64,000 nucleotides of DNA from Eledone cirrhosa (GCA_964016885.1 OZ024740.1:29264001-29328000), one strand, 5' to 3'; shown: positions 44,308 to 57,207, counted from the first letter of the stretch. The notes: generated by a model not told the origin, from the letters alone. Translations and numbers: made by a program.

Positions 44308-45235
44308 CATAAAATATGTCTTTAGAATCACTAGATATAATATATACCATTTCCTCTCCCAATTAGTATAATTAACCATATAATTAATAATTAACCATAT
44401 ATTATATCTAGTCATTCTAAAGAGATATTTTATAATATATAGCTCTGATTATTTTATTTAATTTATTAATTTCTCATTGACCCACAACGTAACCGGTTGC
44501 AAAACACATATATATCTATGACTTTATTTATATATATATATATATATAAATCTTTATATGTAATAATCTCCCGTTAGGTTGAGATACAATTTGGCGGTAT
44601 TAGGCTGCGCTTTCTAACAATAAGCCTACCCGCCGTAAGCAACTAATCACACCCTTTCTAACTTGACCGCTGCCACGTCACGATTTTTAGCCATTTTTTA
44701 ATGTATTTTTGGCGCGATCACTTTGGAAAATTAAATGTCTTATTTTGAGCTCGCTCCTGATGATTCCGAAGCTCTGGACATTCCTTGTTATCGGATGTCT
44801 TAAAATACGGATGAAACCATGGTAGAGGTAATTAGGTATGTACGCAATTCTTCTAAGTTCAATTTTACACCTAGTTGTGTTTGGTTGACTGTATAACTGG
44901 TCGACTTTTACATGCTGTCGAAATGTTAGATAAATAATCTATTGTAGCCACCGCGAAGGGGCTGCTTTCGGTTATTTGTCGGAGATTTCTTCATTGGAGC
45001 CTTTATTCTTATAGCTTGGTCTAATTGATTTTTTATATGGTTAATTATACTAATTGGGAGAGGAAATGGTATATATTATATCTAGTGATTCTAAAGACAT
45101 ATTTTATGATATATAGCTCTGATTATTTAATTTAATTTATTAATTTCTCATTGAGCCACAACGTGACCGGTTGCAAAACACCTATATATCTATGACTTTA
45201 TTTTTATATATATATATATGTAAATCTTTATATGT
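44308..45235 (+). mobile_element. Non-coding hammerhead-containing element: short 5' inversion plus partial tandem of a ~670-bp unit
   Basis: 44308-44381 is the reverse complement of ~45035-45109; ~44397-44562 repeats directly at ~45070-45235; hammerhead at 44754. Confidence 0.7.
44754..44827 (+). ncRNA. Type I hammerhead ribozyme motif
   Basis: CTC-CTGATGA-T-TCCG..CGGA-T-GAAA-CCATGG-TA-GAG; palindromic stem III, GUA site. Confidence 0.7.
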
Positions 45236-45457
45236 ATATATATCGTTTCTGAATTTTTTTTAGCAAGATTCTTTATCTGAAGGTAACCAGAGAACTGCAT
45301 ACGGTGGATGCAGTTCTCTGGTTACAATCAGAGGGATAACTTCAGAGTATACAGAGATGCCAGAACCAAATGGGAAAAATGGTAAATAATGACACAAATG
45401 GGACCTGCACCTTGTATAGGAGCAAATTTTGGAATAGAATAGAAAGAACGAGGAATA

Positions 45458-46030
45458 ATGTTAACATGGTATGATAGCAATAAATACCAGAGTGTAATGT
45501 TCATCGATACAACCCCTAGAGGTGAATTAGCTTACAAATTTAGAAGGGCCCTAGATAAACATAAACTCAATATTAAGATAGTAGAAAGACCAGGTACCGC
45601 CATAAAAACACTTATTAGCAATACATACCCTTTTCAAAGACCTCCCTGTATAGACAAGAAATGTATAATCTGTAAATTAAGCCCCCATATTAACTGTAAA
45701 ACTAGAAATGTAGTATATAGCATAAGATGTACTGAAGGACAATGTAGAGATAAGGATATAGTGTACATAGGTGCGACAGCTCGTAGTATAGGGGAACGGA
45801 TAAATGAACACTGGCGAGACCTTCAAGATAGTAAAGAATCATCTGTACTCTACCAACATGCTAAAATAGAACATAAGGGTAAATTAGAGAACATAGAAAT
45901 AAAAATAGAATCTACACACAGAAAAGACGCGATGTTTAGACAAATCACAGAGGCAATAAACATAAATGAACTCCAACCAAAATTAAATAGAAAATATGAA
46001 TGGAACAGCAACATCACAACTTACAATTAA
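45458..46030 (+). pseudogene. C-terminal linker plus GIY-YIG endonuclease of a Penelope-like ORF
   Basis: C..C..C..C linker, NVVYSIRC, YIGATARSIGERINEH, RQITEAI..LNRKYEW; RT absent. Confidence 0.85.
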
Positions 46031-46217
46031 GGACAAAATGAAAACACACACGCAAATAGAACAAACAACCAACCAGTAACATGTAAATAAACAAATATAA
46101 ACACACACAGACACCCGGATGTAACACATGCGCAAACTAAGCACACAACACACACAAAAACAAGATGGCGTAGGACAGAACAAAGGAGAGGCACAAAAAC
46201 AAAGAAAAGAATCCCCA

Positions 46218-46260
46218 GTCACTGAAGAGGTCACATAATGTGTGACGAAAGAACTTTGAC
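46218..46260 (+). ncRNA. Minimal type I hammerhead ribozyme
   Basis: GTCA-CTGAAGA-G-GTCACA-TAATG-TGTGAC-GAAAG-AA-CTT-TGAC. Confidence 0.7.
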
Positions 46261-46410
46261 AATATATAAACAATCATCCGGTTGTGGAACCAACCAACCA
46301 ACCAACCGGAAATTTATAAATTCCTAAATTTATAAATTTATTATAATAAATTGAAGTGAAATCAACTGGTGCGTGTGTTTCTTATTGGCAACATGACCCT
46401 CGCAAAGTAT

Positions 46411-46488
<78 letters not shown>

Positions 46489-46493
<5 letters not shown>

Positions 46494-47191
46494 TGAATTA
46501 GCAAAAATCGTATTTCGGCTATTGGAAATTAGCGAAAAGCAACTTCCGAGATGTGTCGCAAGCGATCAATAGATTCTAACGAACCAGAGCTACAACATAC
46601 GTTAAAAGGCCAAACACACTGAGATGATGGTTAAACCATTATCCGCAGTAATTCGGGTAAAACAAATAAAAAAATATGATTGAAAAATTTACCCGGACCT
46701 CTGGACGGTTGGTGAAAATCCAGCATTTGGGTTTCTGCGACTCCTAAATCAAAGCCAGACCAAGGATTGACCGTTACCAATACCCACGTGGGGCTCGACA
46801 AGGGAGGCAACCCTTATTTTTGGCGGCTGAATTCAGTATGTGTATTATTGCAAAATTACAAAATATCACAAAACGAATTAAGTTCTCAAAAGAGTGGTTT
46901 TAAAGTTAACAAAAGCTATTCATCAGTCAATAGAATCAACTAAAACAATCAAGAAAATTAACTGGTCAATAGCTAGACTCTGGAGATTAATACAAATATA
47001 AATTAGCGAGAATCGCATTTCGGCTATTGGAAATTAGCGAAAAACAACTTCCGAGATGTGTGGCAAGCGCTCAACAGATTCTAACGAACCAGAGCTACAA
47101 CATACGTTAAAAGGCCAAACACACTGAGACGATGGTTAAGCCATTATCCGCACAGCCATAGAAACAACCAAGTAATTCGGGTCAAACAAAT

Positions 47192-47200
<9 letters not shown>
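46489..47200. repeat. Non-coding element with ~190-205-bp terminal direct repeats
   Basis: 46489-46677 repeats at 46993-47200; (TA)n on both flanks. Confidence 0.75.
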
Positions 47201-47218
<18 letters not shown>

Positions 47219-47222
<4 letters not shown>

Positions 47223-47335
47223 CGAAGGAAGTGTGGTAAGGAACCAGATGAACCATAACGCACCAGAGTACACAATACTTAGGGTAGTAGAGTGGGTAAT
47301 AGGAAAATGTTTAACCCCGTCGGGGTTAAACATTT

Positions 47336-47340
<5 letters not shown>
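47219..47340 (-). mobile_element. Family C short fold-back element (shortest palindrome)
   Basis: Tail plus AAAATGTTTAACCCCGTCGGGGTTAAACATTTT. Confidence 0.75.
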
Positions 47341-47373
<33 letters not shown>

Positions 47374-47396
47374 CCAACAAATTGAATATCCCTTCT

Positions 47397-47428
<32 letters not shown>

Positions 47429-47434
<6 letters not shown>

Positions 47435-47621
47435 TCTGAGGACGGCATGTATATGTGAAGGTATGTATATTTCCTCTGATAATTTGTAATATTTTTACAT
47501 AGATCTATATGATATACATACCAACACACATATACATCCCAGAAACGATCGTAAAATGATGAATTTTTTAATATAAAGATCTTGTTCTTTTTGTTTATTT
47601 CATTGTTTTTTTATTAATTTA
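47429..47621 (+). mobile_element. Single-arm copy of the 1431-1898 hammerhead family
   Basis: ATTT-CTGAGGA-CGGCATGTATATGTG..CACATATACATCCCA-GAAAC-GATC-GTA-AAAT. Confidence 0.7.
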
Positions 47622-47640
47622 TATATATACATATATATAT

Positions 47641-47920
47641 ATTAGTCTACGACTTCTGCTATACCATTTACGTGGTTTTGTCTTTGCGTGCTATTGTTCT
47701 CCACGCACCACATATGACGTATTATCTTCGTCTTTTTCGTTCATTGCCAGAGAACGTCTCTATGAACCACCTAAGTGAACATTAGTCTACGACATCTTTT
47801 ATACCATAAACGTGGTTCTGTCTTTGCGCGTAATTGTTTTTCACCGCTCCTATTAATGACGTATTATATTCGTTTTTTTCCCGTGCTTTGCCAGCGAACG
47901 TTTCCACGAACCAAAGTATC
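47641..47920. repeat. Diverged tandem dimer of ~140 bp
   Basis: ATTAGTCTACGAC at 47641 and 47781 with colinear downstream similarity. Confidence 0.7.
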
Positions 47921-48149
47921 GTCTTCCTGTCTTCCTCCGGTTGCAACGTTTTTTGAAATATCCACTTCTGCGTTTACAGATTGACTTTGTTAGTTTCAGA
48001 AGATCCCGTTAAGGGTGAAAGCAGCGATTCTTTGCTTAAACTTTAATCTGTTATTTTAATAAATATTTGCTCTACGGTTCTTATATATTTGATATATATT
48101 TATCCTTATCGAGCCCTCTTTGGATTTTAGTCTTCAAATTTATTATTAT

Positions 48150-48198
<49 letters not shown>

Positions 48199-48202
<4 letters not shown>

Positions 48203-48334
48203 AACGAGTAGGACCCCGACGGCTGAGCACAAGCCGTCGGGGTCCTACTCGTTCCTATTACCCACTCTACTACTCTAAGTATTGAGTACTTTGGTGCGTT
48301 ATGGTCCACCTGGTTCCTTACCACATTTCCTTCG

Positions 48335-48336
<2 letters not shown>
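48199..48336 (+). mobile_element. Family C short fold-back element
   Basis: TAGGAACGAGTAGGACCCCGACGGC-TGAGCACAA-GCCGTCGGGGTCCTACTCGTTCCTA plus tail. Confidence 0.75.
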
Positions 48337-48385
<49 letters not shown>

Positions 48386-48474
48386 CAAAAGATGGTTAAA
48401 AGAGTTCCATGTATTTTATTATGCGCATTTCAAAAACAAATATCATCATAGGATGATATTTGCGTTCTCATCAG

Positions 48475-48519
<45 letters not shown>

Positions 48520-48526
48520 TTTATTC

Positions 48527-48557
<31 letters not shown>

Positions 48558-48571
48558 TATATATATATATA

Positions 48572-48617
<46 letters not shown>

Positions 48618-48784
48618 CGCGCGTGCACACATGTGCTGCGTATTTGTGTCTCTCTGTGTGTGCGTGTGTATGAATTCTGTTCGCCTTTCTCTCGAAACTA
48701 CTCGATATTGATATTGAAGATACGTAATATATACCAGACTCAACTAAGTATATTGCAGTATATATATTACCTCTTACCTTCTCT

Positions 48785-49486
48785 ACCACCACCACTAAAA
48801 CACCACCACTACCACCACTGCCATCTACAACACCACTACCACTACCACCAACACCACCACCATCACCACCACCACTACCACCACCACCACCACTACCACC
48901 ACCACCACAACTACCACCACCACCACTACCACTACCACCACTACCACCACCATCACCACTGGTAGTAGTAGTGGTAGTGGTGGTAGTAGTGGTGGTAGTG
49001 GTGGTAGTAGTAATGGTAGTGGTAGTGGTAGTGGTGGTGGTAGTCGTGGTAGTAGTAGTGGTAGTGGTGGTAGTGGTGGTAGTAGTGGTGGTAGTGGTGG
49101 TAGTAGTAGTGGTAGTAGTAGTGGTAGTAGTAGTGGTAGTGGTGGTAGTGGTGGTAGTAGTAGTGGTAGTGGTAGTGGCGGTAGTGGTGGTGGTGGTGGT
49201 AGTAGTAGTGGTGGTAGTGGTGGTGGTGGTTATAGTAGTAGTCGAAGTGATGATAGTAGTGGTGGTAGTGGTGGTAGTAGTAGTGGTAGTGGTGGTAGTG
49301 GTGGTGGTAGTAGTAGTGGTAGTGGTGGTAGTAGTGGTGGTAGTGGTGGTAGTAGTAGTGGTAGTGGTGGTAGTGGTGGTGGTAGTGGTAGTGGTGGTAG
49401 TGTTAGTATTAGTGGTAGTGGTAGTTGTGGTAGTGGTAGTTGTGGTAGTGGTAGTAGTGGTAGTGGTAGTAGTGGTGGTGGTGGTG
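48785..49486. repeat. (CAC/TAC)n abutting its reverse complement (GTG/GTA)n
   Basis: Strand switch at ~48960. Confidence 0.9.
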
Positions 49487-49870
49487 TTCAGTAGAAGTAT
49501 GGATTCTTTCAGTTATTCATGAATTAATGTTTTTCCCTTTTGTTTTAAATATTCTCCATTTTGTTCTTATCTATACTTATTAATAAACTAATATTCATGT
49601 TTTGTATGTATTTATATATATATGTGTGTATGTGTGTATGAGTGTCTGTGTGTGTGTGTCCGTGTATGCCTGTGTGTGTGTGTCTGTCTGTCTGTGTGTG
49701 TCCGTGTATGTGTGTGTGTGTGTGTGTGATCATGGTTACACACATGCATATGGGTCTGTGACTCTGTGCATGTGTGTGTGTGTGCGTATGTGTATGTGTA
49801 ATACACATACGCACACATATATACAGAGGTATATACACATTGTGTATATACCTCTCTATCTCTCATATAG

Positions 49871-49901
<31 letters not shown>

Positions 49902-49930
49902 TATATATACACACACACACAAACACACAC

Positions 49931-49980
<50 letters not shown>

Positions 49981-49983
<3 letters not shown>

Positions 49984-50444
49984 AAAGTTTTATTTAAAAT
50001 TGTTGGGTTACAACAAGTAAATATTTTATAACTGATATAAAGCACTCGACAAGTTTTGGAGTAGATATACGATATTAAACAAATGGAAACTATATTTATA
50101 AAACCATATTTATTTCATTATACATATTTCGGGGATACCATATTAAAAATATGGCATGCCTTCTTCAGATAAAATACAATATATAAACAGTTTTATAAAT
50201 AATTTTGACGTACCATAAATATTGAGCAACCGTTATGTAGGAAGCTGGTTTGGTAGTACTACCAAACCAGCTTCCTACATAACGGTTGCTCAATATTTAT
50301 GGTACGTCAAAATTATTTATAAAACTGTTTATATATTGTATATTATCTGAAGAAGGCATGCCATATTTTTAATATGGTATCCCCGAAATATGTATAATGA
50401 AATAAATATGGTTTTATAAATATAGTTTCCATTTGTTTAATATC

Positions 50445-50448
<4 letters not shown>
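49981..50448. mobile_element. Family D fold-back element: tail 49981-50064 plus near-perfect palindrome centred at 50256/50257, hammerhead motif on each arm
   Basis: Centre GGTAGTACTACC; + arm ATTAT-CTGAAGA-AGGCATGCCATATT..AATATGGTATCCCC-GAAATATGTA-TAAT (50342-50398). Confidence 0.8.
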
Positions 50449-50496
<48 letters not shown>

Positions 50497-50499
<3 letters not shown>

Positions 50500-50952
50500 A
50501 AGTTATATTTAAAATTGTTGGGTTACAACTAGTAAATATTTATAACTGATATAAAAGCACTCGACAAGTATTTGGAGTATATTTACAATATTAAATACAT
50601 GGAAAACTATATTTATAAAACCATATTTATTTCATTATATATATTTCGGGGATATCATATTAACAATATGCTATGCCTTCATCAGACAAAATACAATATA
50701 AACAGTTTTATAGATAAATAGATTCGACATACCGTAATAACACCGACTTCATTTGAAGAGGTTTACGCTGGCAGCGTAAACCTCTTCAAATGAAGTCGGT
50801 GTTATTACGGTATGTCGAATCTATTTATCTATAAAACTGTTTATATTGTATTTTGTCTGATGAAGGCATAGCATATTGTTAATATGATATCCCCGAAATA
50901 TATATAATGAAATAAATATGGTTTTATAAATATAGTTTTCCATTTATTTAAT

Positions 50953-50957
<5 letters not shown>
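50497..50957. mobile_element. Family D fold-back element centred at 50771
   Basis: Homologous tail and arms; centre GTTTACGCTG-G-CAGCGTAAAC; CTGATGA..GAAATATATA core at ~50853-50908. Confidence 0.8.
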
Positions 50958-50985
<28 letters not shown>

Positions 50986-50989
<4 letters not shown>

Positions 50990-51143
50990 CGAAGGAAATG
51001 TGGTAAGGAACCAGGTGGACCATAACGCACCAAAGTACTCAATACTTGAGGTAGTAGAGTGGGTAATAGGAACCAGTAAGACCCCGACAGCTGAGCTCAA
51101 GCCGTTTCGACGGCTAATTCTGGACGCAGAATTAGCCGTCGAA
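50986..51143 (-). mobile_element. Family C short fold-back element (one arm truncated)
   Basis: Tail, one full arm, hairpin TTCGACGGCTAATTCTG..CAGAATTAGCCGTCGAA. Confidence 0.75.
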
Positions 51144-51219
51144 GCACAAATATATATGTAGAGATAGATATAAATACATACCGACACACACACACATATA
51201 TATGTATATATATATATAT

Positions 51220-51794
51220 TTATTCAGGTTTGAGGTTCACCACTGTATAGAGCTGGTCTATTCCGTATGGTCAATCGTAATGCAATAATATAGAGAGTAC
51301 TCAACGTAAAGCAGTTCAACCGTCTTTGTTTTTGTAGTTGGTGGTGCTATTACGGAGTTAAATATTATAATGAAATGACAGGAGGCTGGATTTGTGTAAA
51401 TCCTTGAAAGGTTTATTATACTATGATCATTTCAATGACCGGGTTCCGTATGAATCCGGTGATATCATCAGGTATTCGAAATATAATACGTGAATGTAAT
51501 AGGTAAAATCCATGGGGCTGAAAATCGAGACCCGAGGGCGACCGCTATTCTGTTCCTTCAACCTCAGCCGGTCGCCCTGGGCGACCGGCTGAGGTTGAAG
51601 GAACAGAATAGCGGTCGCGCTCGGGTCTCGATTTTCAGCCCCATGGATTTTACCTATTACATTCACGTATTATATTTCGAATACCTGATGATATCACCGG
51701 ATTCATACGGAACCCGGTCATTGAAATGATCATAGTATAATAAACCTTTCAAGGATTTACACAAATCCAGCCTCCTGTCATTTCATTATAATAT

Positions 51795-51795
<1 letters not shown>
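51220..51795. mobile_element. Family E fold-back element: tail 51220-51360 plus ~435-bp palindrome centred at 51578
   Basis: Arms nearly identical (mirror ORFs 51427-51666 and 51490-51729); (TA)n flanks. Confidence 0.85.
51681..51738 (+). ncRNA. Type I hammerhead ribozyme motif (mirror copy on minus strand at 51418-51475)
   Basis: ATAC-CTGATGA-..ACCGGATTC-ATACG-GAACCCGGT..-GAAA-TGATCA-TA-GTAT; palindromic stem III, AUA site. Confidence 0.72.
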
Positions 51796-51829
<34 letters not shown>

Positions 51830-51839
51830 ATGTGTGTGC

Positions 51840-51933
<94 letters not shown>

Positions 51934-51937
<4 letters not shown>

Positions 51938-52500
51938 AGTGTAATTTACTACACAAAACGAAGGTTACAGAGAAAATTGAGGTTGGTAATGGCACATGGA
52001 ATATATAAGAGACAGAATACTTTTTTGTGAAAAAACATAATTTTATAAGGTAAGGAAATAATAAAGGGTATAAAAAATGACCGGTTTCGATGGGCCTGCA
52101 AAAGCCATCTTTTCAAATGTTGATTAATATTAAGAAAAATTAATAATAAGAAGTGTTAAAATTTGAGATTTGAAAATTCAAGTATAAAATTCATTGTGGG
52201 ATTTCATAGTAGTTTTCATCTTGGTAGCAGCTCGTTGACTGCTTCTGGTAGTGAATGAGAAGTTATTTGGGAGTGTGGGTTATTTTATAAAGGTCAATTT
52301 TAGCAATGGCCAGATGGCCAGCTGCTGGTCAGTGAGGGGGTGGAAGCAATATACATACATATATCTTCCTGTGCTCGGTAGGAGAGGGGAGATTGATAGA
52401 AAGGGATTTAGTGCACTTACACCTATATATACACACATACCTTCATCCACACATACATACATATACATATACATACACATATATATATATATATATATAC
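51934..52500 (-). repeat. Left arm of a ~520-bp inverted repeat pair (with extra tail 51934-51975)
   Basis: Reverse complement of ~57390-57913; mirror ORFs 52251(+) and 57639(-). Confidence 0.85.
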
Positions 52501-52719
52501 GTTATTCCGGGTTGAATCGGAGGTAACCACAGTAAGTAAGGTACTCAATACATAGCAGAGTATCTATTGGCCCCTATACCTCCTCCCCACCCTACCCCCA
52601 CCCCTCCTCAACCTGAAATACGGCCACTATGGTTATGTGAGTACCTCTTTCGTATCTACATTTTCTGCCTGTAGAGGTGTCTTTATGTGCCTGCGTATAT
52701 GCGTATATTTACTGAGTAC

Positions 52720-52768
52720 CTATTTATTTGTATGTGTATATATTTGTTTGTATGTGTGTATATGTGAA

Positions 52769-52805
<37 letters not shown>

Positions 52806-53015
52806 GTTTGTGTGAATATGTGTTTTATGTGTGTATATGTATGTATGTATATGTATGTATATATGTGTATATATATGTATATATATATATGTGTATATAT
52901 GTGTATGTATGTGTATGTATGTATGTATGTATGTATGTGCATGTATGTATGTATGTTTATGTATATATGTGTATGTATATGTATGTGTATATGTATATGT
53001 ATATATATGTATATA

Positions 53016-53111
<96 letters not shown>

Positions 53112-53113
53112 TA

Positions 53114-53145
<32 letters not shown>

Positions 53146-53189
53146 GTTGTGTGGGCAGGTGTGTATATATATATATGTGTGTGTATATG

Positions 53190-53242
<53 letters not shown>

Positions 53243-53509
53243 ATATATATGTATGTATATATATATATATATGTGTATATGTATATTTGTATATATGTAT
53301 GTATGTATATATATATATGTATATATGTGCGTGAGAGAGAGTGTGTATATATATTTGTGTGTGTGTGTGTGTATGTGTGTATGCGTGTGTATATATATGT
53401 ATGTATATATATATGTATATATGTGTGTATATATGCGTTATATGTCTGTATATATATGTGTATATTTATGTATAGGTCTGTGTATGTATGTGTATATTTG
53501 TATATATAT

Positions 53510-53564
<55 letters not shown>

Positions 53565-53646
53565 CATATGCATGTGTATGTGTGTGTTTGTGTGTGTATA
53601 TATATGTGTATATGTGTGTGCGTGTATATATATGTGTGTGTATATG

Positions 53647-53689
<43 letters not shown>

Positions 53690-54441
53690 GTGTGTGTATG
53701 TGTATATATATGTGTGTGTGTATGTGTGTGTATATGTGTGTGTATATGTGTATGTCAGGTCACCACATGGTGCTACTGGTAACATGTATCCCAGTACAAC
53801 CTGTCTCATGGTCGGGTCGTTGGCGACTAAACTGGCAACCCCACCAAGGTTTCTTGGTGAGGAGGGTGACTTTGGACATCCTGCAGGACTAAAAACAAAA
53901 CCTGTCAAAGGGCAAAGGAGCTCTTAAGAGTCAATGGCCATCCAAAATCACCGGGAGAGATGACCCCTTAGCCTTTGTCAAGGCAGAATTCTAGGAGAAG
54001 GAAAACTCTGATATAACACCTGCAACCCTGATGGTATCCAATGATGTTGACTTGTTCTTCTTTTTGGTAAATATCATCTTGGTTAAGAGAGTGGGACTGG
54101 CTTTGTGCAGTGCCTTTGCTCACTATAAAAGCTTCACGGCACAGGCATTGCTTTGTATCTGGAGATCTCTCTGCACTTGTCGTCACATGGTACCAAAGGC
54201 AAAGCACTATGTGTCAATAATTGTCACAAGTGTAGTGTTTGTACCAGAGTTTTCAAGTCGCTGGCTGGACTAAAAAGTCACTCGTTCAGCGCATCGGTAA
54301 GGGGTTCTCCTACAGGGATATAAAGTAGTGGCCGTACTCGAAAACGAGTTGGCAGCCACCATATGTGTATGTATATATATATATATGTGTATATATGTAT
54401 ATATATGTATATATATATATATATATGTGTATGCGTACGTG

Positions 54442-54476
<35 letters not shown>

Positions 54477-54506
54477 ATGTGTATATGTATGTTTGTATGT
54501 GTGTTT

Positions 54507-54574
<68 letters not shown>

Positions 54575-54653
54575 ATGTATGTATATGTGTGTATATTTTT
54601 ATATATATGTATATATTTATGTGTGTGTATGTATGTATATGTATATATGTGTA

Positions 54654-54690
<37 letters not shown>

Positions 54691-54809
54691 GGGTGTGTGT
54701 ATATGTGTATGTATGTGTATATATATATATATATGTATGTGTATGTGTGTATATGTATATATATATATATATATGTATGTATGGTGCTTTTTCCTTATAT
54801 ATGTGTATA

Positions 54810-54862
<53 letters not shown>

Positions 54863-55091
54863 ATGTATGTGTGTGTGTGTGTTTGTATGTGTATATATTT
54901 GTTTATGTGTATATATATATATATATATGTATGTGTATATATGTATATATGTATATGGTTATATATATGGATATATATATGTATATGTATATGTATATAT
55001 ACGTGTGTATATGTTTGTGTGTATGTGTGTGTATATGTATATATGTGTGTGTATGTGTTTTTTTATATATATATATATGTGTGTGTATGTA

Positions 55092-55122
<31 letters not shown>

Positions 55123-55169
55123 TTGTATACGTATGTGTGTGTATATATATGTATATGTATGTATGTGTG

Positions 55170-55204
<35 letters not shown>

Positions 55205-55319
55205 GTGTGTGTGTATATATGTCTGTGTATATATGTCTATATGTATTTGTGTGTATATGTATACACATGTATATTTGTGTTTGTATGTATGTGTGTGAGT
55301 GTATTTATATGTGTATATA

Positions 55320-55352
<33 letters not shown>

Positions 55353-55381
55353 GTGTGTGTATGTATATGTATGTGTGTGTG

Positions 55382-55466
<85 letters not shown>

Positions 55467-55600
55467 CTGTATGTATGTATGTGTGTATGTATATGTATGT
55501 ATATGAATATATTTTTTATATATGTGTCTGTGTTTTTATGTGTGTATATGTGTCTGTGTGTGTGTTTATGGTTGCGCGTAAGTGTGTGAGTGAGTATCTT
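52720..55600. repeat. Long TA/TG/TATG compound microsatellite, interrupted by a family A element
   Basis: Directly visible. Confidence 0.9.
53755..54362 (+). mobile_element. Family A element
   Basis: Near-identical to the A copies at 1-12 kb; 5' junction TATG|TCAGGT. Confidence 0.85.
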
Positions 55601-56074
55601 TTTTTGTTTTTTTGTGAACGTGTCTGTTGATTTTTGCCATATAGTTGATTAGTTTAAGAGAAGTTCGAAGATAATTGTAAGATATGCACTCAGTATTTTG
55701 AATCTGTCTACAGAATTCTCTAGACCTTTGTCACTTGGTAGAACCTTAATGATTTTAGCTTTTAAAGAATCTCCCTTTTCTTTAATTCTATCGACCATGA
55801 CTGACCCCCCACTGATTTTATAGACATCTGTTAGCTTAAGAGAAACTTAATGACAAGGAATGGTATGCCATCCGGAACCTGTTTATAGAATTCTGTCTGC
55901 CCTTGTTACTCTAAAAACATAAATAAATATAAATAAAAATAAACTATAGCTTTGTAGAATTAGCTTTTAATGAATTCCCTTTTCTATCAACCAATGACCT
56001 ACACCCATCCCACTCCCCACCCTCTCCTACCACTTGTAGAGACCTATAAATACCATTTTTATTTTTTGATACCC

Positions 56075-56125
56075 AGATTCCTGATGATTTCTAATGAATG
56101 AAACAGTTCTAGTCCTGTAGAATCT
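56075..56125 (+). ncRNA. Type I hammerhead ribozyme with all three helices formed
   Basis: AGATTC-CTGATGA-T-TTC-TAAT-GAA-T-GAA-ACAG-TTCTAGTC-CTGT-A-GAATCT; 6-bp stem I, GUA site. Confidence 0.8.
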
Positions 56126-56156
56126 CATCTATATTAAAACTATATATATATATATA

Positions 56157-56347
56157 TAGGAACCAGTAAGACCCCGACAGCTGAGCTCAAGCCGTTTCGA
56201 CGGCTAATTCTGGACAGAATTAGCTGTCGAAACGGCTTGAGCTCAGCTGTCGGGGTCTTACTGGTTCCTATTACCCACTCTACTACCTCAAGTATTGAGT
56301 CCTTTGGTGCGTTATGGTCCACCTGGTTCCTTACCACATTTCCTTCG

Positions 56348-56350
<3 letters not shown>
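56157..56350 (+). mobile_element. Family C short fold-back element (longest palindrome)
   Basis: Centre GACGGCTAATTCTG-GA-CAGAATTAGCTGTC, plus tail. Confidence 0.78.
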
Positions 56351-56414
<64 letters not shown>

Positions 56415-57012
56415 TACATACACACACACATACATATACATACACACACACATATATGCACATACACACACATATATATATACACACACACACACACACA
56501 TATATATACATACACATACATCCAGATACACACATACATACACACACACACACATATATATATATATGTGTGTACATACATATACACACACATATATATA
56601 TATATATATGTGTACATACATATACACACACATATATATACACACACCCACACATACATACACACACACATATATATATACATACACACATACAAACACA
56701 CACACATATATACACATACACACACATATATATACACACACACACACACACATATATATATACACATACGCAATCTACATGAACTCAATGTGATCAGAAT
56801 GACTTGTATTTTAATTTCACTGCCCTAACTTCTTATATTATGGAAACAATATATGTGTATGTATGTATATATATATATTTGGAGGCCATTTCTCTTGTGT
56901 GGGTGTATGTATGTGTATATGTGTGTGTGTGTGTGTGTGTATGTGTGTGCATGTGGATGTATGTATTGTGTGAGTGTGTATGTATGTGTGTATCTGGATG
57001 TATGCGTATGTG

Positions 57013-57043
<31 letters not shown>

Positions 57044-57171
57044 ATATATATGTGTGTGTATGTGTATATATGTGTGTGTGTTTGTATGTGTGTATGTATA
57101 TATATATGTGTGTGTGTATGTATGTGTGGGTGTGTGTATATATATGTGTGTGTATATATATGTATGTACAC

Positions 57172-57207
<36 letters not shown>

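Larger units (their letters stand above)
45242..46416 (+). mobile_element. Penelope-like element, 5'-truncated, with an inverted terminal segment at the 5' junction
   Basis: GIY-YIG ORF remnant, hammerhead at 46218, ends in (TA)n. The 5' junction has the inverted family tail (45243-45280) and a hairpin at 45282-45325. Confidence 0.82.

Noticed and set aside
48579-49522. Poly-His and poly-Val ORFs
   Set aside because: Translations of stop-free trinucleotide repeats
51427-51729. Two near-identical 79-aa ORFs on opposite strands
   Set aside because: Consequence of the palindrome; GTG start and no protein motif
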